Below are positions 57,187 through 64,000 of a DNA stretch of 64,000 nucleotides, piece after piece. The notes beneath the pieces were generated by a model. The model did not search any database. It was not told where the DNA came from and was given only the letters and a program-made list of their open reading frames with translations. The translations under genes and the position numbers were made by a program. The DNA lies in the IMG/VR virus record IMGVR_UViG_3300033997_000136, positions 62,001 through 126,000 of that record. One strand, given 5' to 3'. Position 1 is the stretch's first letter; the number at the start of each line of letters is the position of its first letter.

Positions 57187-58191
57187 ATGGATGCACTGTG
57201 TATTGTTAATTATTATTGCAGCGAAATTGGTCGTGAGATAGATGTAGAACTATCAACACTTTCACAGTCAGAAACTGGTACATTTCACATCAAACAAACA
57301 AACGGTGATGTGCATGTATTTCACTCACATGAAGATATCTATTCACACATTGTTCACAGCGTGCTTAGATTCTGTGGGTGTGGGATGCCTGAAGATGCAA
57401 TGCATTTTTACATGCAGCAATTAATGGCTTTGGAAGTAACTCCTATAAAAGACTATAATGGTCGTGTAGGTGGTTTGGATTTCTTTATCCACATTGCTGA
57501 ATTGCAACAGATGTTTGATAAAGCGACTCAAACCTTAACACCTAAAGCAAGAGCCATTCTTCACGCGCTGTCTATTCTTTTTCCAGTTCATCTCAAAAAC
57601 GAAGAACATGAGTTGTGTCCGTTAAATGAATTTGTGATGGACAAAGAAGCGTATGATGCAATAATCCATACGGAGATTGATCCTGTATGGAAAAAAGCAC
57701 AAGAAGATGCAGGAGTATCGTTTGAAAAAGAACAACTGCCTATTCACTGGTATGTGTTTAACCATGTGAATGTATTAGGTTTCCATCTTTTATTGGACAT
57801 CTATAAACACATAGATCAAATAAAGAACCCTGAGTGTGCAAAAATTCAACGAAGTGAATGGTGTTCATCTAACTACGGTGCTCAGTATTGGACGTGGTAC
57901 ATGATTGACAACATTTTAGACCTTGAACAACACGGCGGTTCATCGCCTGGGTGGTTAAGTGAAACAGGTCAGAAAACGATTGTACATTTACATCAATTGT
58001 TTGTGGCCAGTCCATTACCGTCGTATGTTGAAGAACTGTTGGTGCATCGTTGTGAGTTTAGTGTTGTATCTGATTACAAAGCGGACTACGTTAAAGCGGT
58101 GTTATCTATTTTGAAACAACGGTTTACAAAAGAAAATAATACAGTTGGTCTTGAATCAATTGAGGGTATTCAATACGAGAAGAGGAAATAA
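57187..58191 (+). CDS. Hypothetical protein with FCGCG.PE and HGGS..GWL motifs
   Basis: Motifs seen in a recurring phage protein family. Confidence 0.7.
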   Translation: MDALCIVNYYCSEIGREIDVELSTLSQSETGTFHIKQTNGDVHVFHSHEDIYSHIVHSVLRFCGCGMPEDAMHFYMQQLMALEVTPIKDYNGRVGGLDFFIHIAELQQMFDKATQTLTPKARAILHALSILFPVHLKNEEHELCPLNEFVMDKEAYDAIIHTEIDPVWKKAQEDAGVSFEKEQLPIHWYVFNHVNVLGFHLLLDIYKHIDQIKNPECAKIQRSEWCSSNYGAQYWTWYMIDNILDLEQHGGSSPGWLSETGQKTIVHLHQLFVASPLPSYVEELLVHRCEFSVVSDYKADYVKAVLSILKQRFTKENNTVGLESIEGIQYEKRK

Positions 58192-58595
58192 TGAAAGCAA
58201 AAGACTATTGGCGTTACAACACTCCAGTAACTGCGTTTCGCAACTGCCCAGAAGACGTTGCGGAAGGGTGTGGTGAAATCGATGGGTCTATGTTAGATTT
58301 AGATAACGTAGTTCCATCTGTGGCAGCTCGCAAGAATCAAACCTGTAATATCTTTGATGATGGTATTCCTGAAGACCAGACTCAAGAGCAATTCTTTTTA
58401 ACTGCAGCGAATATGCATCTGGAATTAGCAAAAGGTTTTTATGAATTGAGTCAGGGTTTAACCACATCTGTAGCTCCGCACGACAAATATTTACCTGATG
58501 TTGAAATCGTTACTGATGAAAACGTAGCAAATGTTCGTAAACGTTGGGCCATGCAAATGGGTACGGGTTTCATTGCTTTACGAAAAGACGAATAA
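58191..58595 (+). CDS. Hypothetical protein
   Basis: TAATG coupling, GAGG RBS. Confidence 0.7.
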   Translation: MKAKDYWRYNTPVTAFRNCPEDVAEGCGEIDGSMLDLDNVVPSVAARKNQTCNIFDDGIPEDQTQEQFFLTAANMHLELAKGFYELSQGLTTSVAPHDKYLPDVEIVTDENVANVRKRWAMQMGTGFIALRKDE

Positions 58596-58628
58596 GACGG
58601 AGGGCAATTGCCCTCCTCTTTATTTTTT
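58590..58628 (+). repeat. 39-bp stop+terminator unit identical to 21449-21487; lies between convergent genes
   Basis: Exact match. Confidence 0.9.
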
Positions 58629-58630
58629 GT

Positions 58631-59113
58631 TTACCATTTAGACCAATGACTTAATCCAAGGCTTACAGCAGGTGGTACACTACAGGTTAATTGTAATTCA
58701 TTGACTACCAGTTGAAGCACAGGGTCATTCACACGCTGTAATTCATAAACAGATTTAAACGCTAAATCAGAATGCATCTCTGGTTCATTGTTTACAATTG
58801 GTCCATCAAAGGCAACTACCATAAACACATGTGTTGTGTAATGAATATCTTGCACTCCATTGGCTTGTTTCTTTACAGCAGAGTGTTCAATCTCATACAG
58901 TTTATGAAAGTCAGTCACATCAATATTGAGTTCTTCCTTTAACTCACGAACTAATGTAGTCTCAGGTTTCTCACCTGGGTCTATTGTTCCTGTAGGTAAA
59001 CTAATACTTCCACGACTCTTATGAAAGAGCGTAAAGATTCTGTCTTTCTTCTTAGAGAGAATAACCGCTGCGATTCCTGATTGGAAAACAGGGTGTGTGA
59101 CAAGTTTAGTCAT
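58631..59113 (-). CDS. Nudix hydrolase
   Basis: Nudix box GTIDPGEKPETTLVRELKEELNI; NNEPEMH. Confidence 0.9.
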   Translation of the reverse strand: MTKLVTHPVFQSGIAAVILSKKKDRIFTLFHKSRGSISLPTGTIDPGEKPETTLVRELKEELNIDVTDFHKLYEIEHSAVKKQANGVQDIHYTTHVFMVVAFDGPIVNNEPEMHSDLAFKSVYELQRVNDPVLQLVVNELQLTCSVPPAVSLGLSHWSKW

Positions 59114-59426
59114 TTTTTGTTCCACGCATTAAAGCTGAACCTGTAAGTAGAGCACCGTATGCAATATGAATCAAGCCACTGTTTTGAAGTGTGTAAGGAA
59201 TATGTGCTCGGTATGCAGTTTCCATAATACGCAGTTGCATGTCTGGTGTGAACGTCTGCATCTGAGTTAGCAATTCACTCATTGAGGGGCGATGCCAACC
59301 TAACCATGCAGGGACTATAATAAAGTCAAACAGACAAATAAGGCTGTAGACAAAAGCAAGACCTGCCTTCCAGTGTGATGCCATCCACGTTTTTAATTCA
59401 GGCTTTGTTTGATTTTCTTCATCCAT
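59106..59426 (-). CDS. Holin-like membrane protein
   Basis: W...LAFVYSLICLFDFIIVP ... PYTLQNSGLIHIAYGALL resembles the 3TM holin-like family; start ATG 59426 (GAGG RBS). Confidence 0.65.
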   Translation of the reverse strand: MDEENQTKPELKTWMASHWKAGLAFVYSLICLFDFIIVPAWLGWHRPSMSELLTQMQTFTPDMQLRIMETAYRAHIPYTLQNSGLIHIAYGALLTGSALMRGTKND

Positions 59427-59537
59427 TTGACTATCCTCATACATTCAGTGGGCTATACGATGATTATTTTTAAATGCTGACGTTATCTTACGAGACCTTT
59501 ACGCATTTATTTCGAATTAAGACAAAGGACGTTTGCT

Positions 59538-60266
59538 ATGAGCACACCCATTATTTCTGTTCGTCTACGTGACTATGTGGAGAGCACTGTAGGTATACTT
59601 ACATGCATCGATGCTAAACGTATTGTCAGAAAAATAAAAGAAGATATACAACAGGACTATGTAGAACAATTGTCAGTATCGTTAACTGGGTACAACCGTT
59701 GGACTCGTAGTTTTTTAAATGCTGTTGTAGATGAGATGTATAAACAATTTGAGTGGACAAAACGTCCGTCGTATCATTTACAGTTTCATCATCAATTAAT
59801 ACAATCGTTAGCTACGCTTGCAGCAATGCAAACACCACATCCCCATACACTTCATGCAAATATGTTGTCTGTAATAAAAGAAGACATGGAAGAAATATGG
59901 TGTGAAGATATTCCATTCTATTTCTGTGTGGATGAACATCATTTATCTATGCATCCTGTATTAGTAGATGATGATGAACTAGGTGCAATGACATGCGCTT
60001 ATGTCAATAGTGTTGTGTTTCAAGGTGTAGATGGAATTGATGTTCATGTAGTTCCTGATGTGGTCTTGTTTCACAAAGGTCAACTCTACAGTTATTTAGC
60101 TGTACATGCATTAGTTTATGAAAAACACCTAACAGAACACCACAAACTTTTACTTCGTTGGTTCCAATCGATTTTAAAGCATCTGGAATTGACGGAGGAC
60201 TACTTTAAAGTAGAACTAACACATATACTGCCTGATGGTGGTAACTTAGCACAGGAGCGCGTATGA
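59538..60266 (+). CDS. Protein with N-terminal STAS-like (DUF4325-type) domain
   Basis: DAKRI..KI......VSLTG....RSFLNAVV..MY. Confidence 0.5.
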   Translation: MSTPIISVRLRDYVESTVGILTCIDAKRIVRKIKEDIQQDYVEQLSVSLTGYNRWTRSFLNAVVDEMYKQFEWTKRPSYHLQFHHQLIQSLATLAAMQTPHPHTLHANMLSVIKEDMEEIWCEDIPFYFCVDEHHLSMHPVLVDDDELGAMTCAYVNSVVFQGVDGIDVHVVPDVVLFHKGQLYSYLAVHALVYEKHLTEHHKLLLRWFQSILKHLELTEDYFKVELTHILPDGGNLAQERV

Positions 60267-60796
60267 GGCGTTTTGATGCATTAGAAACATTCTTCAATAA
60301 ACATTTAGCGGATAATGACTTCAGTCCATTAAATGTATTGTCTGAACAAGACTTGTATATCCAACCCGGTGAATACGTTGCTCACTATTTATACAACCTT
60401 ACTCAGAAAAAAGAACTCGTTTCTTTTATGAAAGAACATTACCCTGAAGTTGTTGCTGAGATGGAAAATCATTGTGTAGATGTCATGAGTACCTTCTGCA
60501 CTTTATTCACTGCACTTCGTACAGGTGTTGAACACGATGTTGGTTTCTATGGTTACTGTGCTAAACGCATTTCGCCGAATGAAGGTGATGGTCGTTCTTA
60601 CAATCAGTTAACCAAACAGTGTCAGCTTTGGTTTTTTAATAACAGAGAAAAAGCCAAGACGATGTTTGAAGCGTTGGAATTTAAAGACGCACTATTTGAC
60701 GATGCTCACGTAGACGAGTTTGTTTTATTAGTAAGTTATTCTACGTATGCAAATAACGTGATTAAATTAAATCATGTATGGGTATGTGGTCCTTAG
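60263..60796 (+). CDS. Hypothetical protein
   Basis: AGGAG RBS. Confidence 0.7.
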   Translation: MRRFDALETFFNKHLADNDFSPLNVLSEQDLYIQPGEYVAHYLYNLTQKKELVSFMKEHYPEVVAEMENHCVDVMSTFCTLFTALRTGVEHDVGFYGYCAKRISPNEGDGRSYNQLTKQCQLWFFNNREKAKTMFEALEFKDALFDDAHVDEFVLLVSYSTYANNVIKLNHVWVCGP

Positions 60797-60805
60797 ACAG
60801 AATAG

Positions 60806-60839
60806 AAGATACAGAGGAGCTGATGCTCCTCTGTATCTT
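60806..60839. terminator. Bidirectional GC-apex hairpin terminator
   Basis: AAGATACAGAGGAGC-TGAT-GCTCCTCTGTATCTT between convergent genes. Confidence 0.85.
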
Positions 60840-60843
60840 TATA

Positions 60844-61395
60844 TCACCAATTTAAACTCAAACGAGGACTTTCTGATTGAAGTGTAATCTCTCCACGTTT
60901 TTGAAGACGTTTAAGATTCTTCTCACATTGTTCATCCGTAAACTTTGTATCACTATTCCAAGCCCATTGCAACAACCCTTGTCGCTGTCGTGTATTGCAA
61001 GATTTATCGCCTACCTTACACTTCGCTTGAACTTGTGCGTTGTGTCTAGCAACAAAACTTCTCCAACGACCAATCTGCCATTCATCTTCTTTTGGGATAC
61101 GACGACCTAAGTAATAAAGACAATACCAACCAAACCATCCGTAGGGTGAGTCCTTAGTAAGCCACCCATTCTTCTTCCACTCAGATAATCCTTGTCGAGA
61201 CTTTACACCGTAGTAATTAATGCTTTCATCAGGTTCATCGTTAGGTCCTAACACCTTAGGAAGTTTATACCACGACGCAGGTAATCCTTTTATTGCGTTG
61301 ATGTACTTCCCTTCAAAGACACCCATCTCTAACATTTCAAGAGGTGTATAACTTGGTGCAAAACGAGGGTCCCACACGCTATCTTTTTTTATCAT
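60844..61395 (-). CDS. Conserved uncharacterised Trp-rich protein (TP.EML..GVF / PYGWF.WYC.YY.GRR / RQ.LLQWA family)
   Basis: Distinctive motif set; function unknown to me. Confidence 0.8.
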   Translation of the reverse strand: MIKKDSVWDPRFAPSYTPLEMLEMGVFEGKYINAIKGLPASWYKLPKVLGPNDEPDESINYYGVKSRQGLSEWKKNGWLTKDSPYGWFGWYCLYYLGRRIPKEDEWQIGRWRSFVARHNAQVQAKCKVGDKSCNTRQRQGLLQWAWNSDTKFTDEQCEKNLKRLQKRGEITLQSESPRLSLNW

Positions 61396-61412
61396 TACGT
61401 AACCCTCGTTTG

Positions 61413-61877
61413 TTAATGTAGGTAAACACTCTTTGGATTTGAATCATTCACATGATTTCCATTAGTTAATGTAAAGAAAAACATTGTAAATGGTTTCTGA
61501 ATCAAACCAGACGAATGTGTTTGGTCAGCATAGCCGGTACTGGTATGGGTATAAGTTGAACCACCTATTGTGATTTCAGTAAAATCGATAGGGGTGTTTC
61601 TATGATCACCATCGACAGCAATCTCCAGCGTTGTTGAAAGGGCACCAGATGCGGTTTCATGCATGATACCGATAGTTAAGACTTTCATCCTGGGTCGAAT
61701 GTACAGAGTTTTGTTAGAAAACCCTTGTGGTGGTGAGTTTAAAACCCATTCTTCATAATTATGGATTCTGTAGGTTAAAAAATCATTCCACCAAAAATTA
61801 GATGCTCGTTCAAATGCGATAACAGCTTTTAAATCTAACCCGCCATTTTTTGTAAAAGAAGAACTAAACTCTAACAT
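61413..61877 (-). CDS. MLE-family beta-rich putative virion accessory protein
   Basis: Starts MLEF; lies in the late minus-strand operon near the tail-fibre genes. Confidence 0.55.
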   Translation of the reverse strand: MLEFSSSFTKNGGLDLKAVIAFERASNFWWNDFLTYRIHNYEEWVLNSPPQGFSNKTLYIRPRMKVLTIGIMHETASGALSTTLEIAVDGDHRNTPIDFTEITIGGSTYTHTSTGYADQTHSSGLIQKPFTMFFFTLTNGNHVNDSNPKSVYLH

Positions 61878-61888
61878 ATCGTTCTCAC

Positions 61889-62254
61889 TTATTGACCGTA
61901 GTCTAATTTAACCAATTGACTACCACGGTATCCAAAGTTACTGTACTTTACATCAGAACGAAGAAACTCTTCTGCGAGTTGACTATCTTTTATCATTCGT
62001 TCTAAATGTAACCAAAATAAACCAGTGTGGTGGATAGGTCTTACTCGTTCCTGTATTAAGAACCATCCACCTGGACACATCCAATACACTTTGGCCAATT
62101 CTGGAAAACCACAGCGACCAAAGGTGTGTTCTTGTATGTTGCAAAGTAATCCTGTTAGGAATAATTTCCATGAACAGAACGAAGGGAATTTAATCGCATA
62201 GTTAGAAACTAATAACACATAGCGCGTGGTTCCCTTGTGAAACTGAATAGACAT
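61889..62254 (-). CDS. Minimal protein-kinase-like fold protein
   Basis: G..R.V, AIK, E (alphaC), LIQE hinge, D.K..N catalytic loop, DYG. Confidence 0.7.
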   Translation of the reverse strand: MSIQFHKGTTRYVLLVSNYAIKFPSFCSWKLFLTGLLCNIQEHTFGRCGFPELAKVYWMCPGGWFLIQERVRPIHHTGLFWLHLERMIKDSQLAEEFLRSDVKYSNFGYRGSQLVKLDYGQ

Positions 62255-62275
62255 GTCACCACCTATTTATTCTAC

Positions 62276-62899
62276 TTACGGATAACGAGCAGAGATGTAA
62301 TGTGCAAAACGTTTTAACGCTTCCCATGTACGGTTTTTCCAACCGTTCATAAAATCTTCATTGGCTTCACGCTTCAATGAGATTTCAACGTAATGTACGT
62401 TTTGGAATCCATCTAACAACATGTACAGTTGGTCTACTGCTTCAGAACTACCTTTGTTGCGTTTGAAATACGCATTTAAAGAACTGATGGTTTGACCGCC
62501 AATTGAACCATCAATGGTAATATCAGGATAATCCACACTACGGCGGTTTAACACATTCAGTATTTTTTGGATAGATGTACCGACGTTACCACGACCAGCG
62601 TTTACACCAAAATCCAATACCTTCTCAGCCAACATAGGACTTAATGCGTATATTTCGTGACAACGCATTTTCTCCCACCATGAGGTACGATATATCTCTT
62701 GTGCCAATGCGATTGGAAGGGTTTTCATATCTCCATCCCAATTGTATTTTGGCCACAGGTGTTTGTGTTCTAATGCAGTAGCCACTGTGATACCATGATT
62801 AGTGGCTTTCCCTGTATCGCTAGGATGGTCGACATATCCTGATTCAACACCACATAAGTGGTCGATAATTTCTTGTTCAGTCATTGCTTTAACTGGCAT
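62276..62899 (-). CDS. Endolysin, glycoside hydrolase family 108 with PG-binding C-terminus
   Basis: ESGYVDHPSDTGKATNHGIT, DFGVNAG, IDGSIGGQT, F.NGW.NR; likely start ATG 62899. Confidence 0.9.
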   Translation of the reverse strand: MPVKAMTEQEIIDHLCGVESGYVDHPSDTGKATNHGITVATALEHKHLWPKYNWDGDMKTLPIALAQEIYRTSWWEKMRCHEIYALSPMLAEKVLDFGVNAGRGNVGTSIQKILNVLNRRSVDYPDITIDGSIGGQTISSLNAYFKRNKGSSEAVDQLYMLLDGFQNVHYVEISLKREANEDFMNGWKNRTWEALKRFAHYISARYP

Positions 62900-62929
62900 A
62901 ATAAACTCCATAACAAAAAAATAAAAGAA

Positions 62930-62949
62930 GAGGGAGTTTTCACTCCCTC
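62930..62949 (-). terminator. Hairpin terminator (minus strand)
   Basis: GAGGGAGT-TTTC-ACTCCCTC with an A-run on its left. Confidence 0.75.
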
Positions 62950-62961
62950 ACTTTTAAACTA

Positions 62962-63216
62962 TTATTGATTAAACAAAATACCAGAACGACTTTGCTCTAA
63001 TAAAGTGTTTAACTCATCTGTAGATTTCCCATCGCAAACCTTTGTTACATCTCTTAAAAATTCACGACGATTAAGTGCTGATATTTTTAATTCATCATCA
63101 CCTAATGCTACAGCTAACGTAATCTGACGATCATTTTCTTCAAACTGCCTTACTCGACGAAGACGAATGTCATCTTTGACCAATTGAGTAGCGGCGTCTA
63201 AGTTTACTTTAAACAT
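62962..63216 (-). CDS. Tail-fibre assembly/chaperone-like protein
   Basis: V.LDAA...KD.IR..R...F..ND ... R..LRDVT; start ATG 63216 (GGAG). Confidence 0.65.
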   Translation of the reverse strand: MFKVNLDAATQLVKDDIRLRRVRQFEENDRQITLAVALGDDELKISALNRREFLRDVTKVCDGKSTDELNTLLEQSRSGILFNQ

Positions 63217-63484
63217 CAGAAGCAACTCCTTCAAATGTATCATGTATTGAACCTACACCACTTGGTGGTCCAGCTTCTTTTTCATCGATAACCATGGCAT
63301 CTAACAAAAATTCATCATTAGGTAGCTGTGATTCATCAATAATCCAGAATGGAACTTTAGGTGGAACATCTTTTTTACCGATAACTTCCAGCGAAAAATG
63401 TTGCAACGCTTCAAGTGTTGGAATGAGTAAAATAACCCCAGCGGCAGCGTCAGGATTGTTGTAAACTATGACTTTTGACATCAA
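63209..63484 (-). CDS. Tail-fibre-associated protein (KDVP family)
   Basis: IVY.N..G.....P ... IGKKDVP..VPFWII....LP.D. Confidence 0.65.
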   Translation of the reverse strand: MMSKVIVYNNPDAAAGVILLIPTLEALQHFSLEVIGKKDVPPKVPFWIIDESQLPNDEFLLDAMVIDEKEAGPPSGVGSIHDTFEGVASDV

Positions 63485-63497
63485 TAAGCTCCCTAAA

Positions 63498-64000
63498 TTA
63501 ATTAACGGCCATCACAGACACGTATGGTAAATCGCGCGCATCAAAACCGTTAACGTTCGTACTTACGTTCAACGAGTTAACAGGTCTTGTATCACTAGAT
63601 TGTTGACTCACCGTACCGTCACCAGACGCATCATTATCACTAGCAAAACCAAATACAGCATAGTTAGTATTCGCTATAGAGTTCAGATAATTTATGCGAT
63701 AACGACCTTGTGAGATTCGAGTAATTGATGACACATTGCTTGAACGCTGGATAGAAGGGGTTGAGTTACCAGAACCCGTACCTAGCCATGCGACAAACAT
63801 AACGATGTTACCACCACCAGTTAACAGTGAATTTAACTGTTGCACTTGTGTAGCAGTCATCACACCCGCATTACCAGTGGTTGCAGCAGCGATAGCTACA
63901 GCACCGCCTGTGGACGAATACAGAGTGACATTACTACCGCCATATGCAGCACTTAGGTTAGTGCCCACATTGACCTGTGCACCGGCTTGGATGCCGTTTA
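63498..64000 (-). CDS. Tail fibre protein, C-terminal part (5' end outside the window)
   Basis: Frame open to the window edge: LNGIQAGAQVNV..AATTGNAGVMTA repeat, then receptor-tip domain NVSSITRISQGRYRINY. Confidence 0.8.
   Translation of the reverse strand, partial: NGIQAGAQVNVGTNLSAAYGGSNVTLYSSTGGAVAIAAATTGNAGVMTATQVQQLNSLLTGGGNIVMFVAWLGTGSGNSTPSIQRSSNVSSITRISQGRYRINYLNSIANTNYAVFGFASDNDASGDGTVSQQSSDTRPVNSLNVSTNVNGFDARDLPYVSVMAVN

Noticed and set aside
8693-60839. Repeated hairpins as a CRISPR array or integron attC sites
   Set aside because: They are dispersed singly at gene ends, with no regular spacers, no GTTRRRY cores, and no cas or integrase gene in the window.
62962-63484. Frameshifted single tail-assembly gene
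   Set aside because: The second ORF has its own GGAG RBS and an ATG overlapping the first ORF's end, consistent with two coupled genes.

Overview
This is an AT-rich, gene-dense segment of a phiKZ-related (Chimalliviridae-like) jumbo phage that infects a Gram-negative host; an overlapping spanin pair with a lipobox is present. Family calls come from my recognition of motifs and synteny, not from database searches. 1-8.3 kb is a late/structural block: a gp128-like virion protein (minus strand, partial), a portal with an acidic tail, a conserved virion protein, RuvC and spanins. 8.3-58.6 kb is about 90 co-oriented, mostly hypothetical early/accessory genes organised by a recurring early-promoter motif (8 copies) and a family of purine-arm hairpin terminators. 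This block contains thyA, a phosphoesterase, a HAD nucleotidase, a MazG-like enzyme, a secreted lytic transglycosylase, an AAA ATPase, HTH proteins and many dispersed paralogue pairs. 58.6-64 kb is mostly minus-strand late genes: Nudix, holin-like, mini-kinase, GH108 endolysin, tail-fibre chaperones and a tail-fibre C-terminus. Best leads: (1) six unrelated lectin/beta-rich proteins that all begin Met-Leu-Glu, a candidate plug-in adhesin display system, four of them behind a structured leader; (2) a ~230-nt structured non-coding RNA at 27 kb; (3) a duplicated structured RNA element at 35.6 and 37.5 kb; (4) a candidate C-terminal 'LQ...P...W' virion-packaging tag together with T-L-Q/E protease-like sites. 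No tRNA, rRNA, CRISPR array, integrase or transposase was found.
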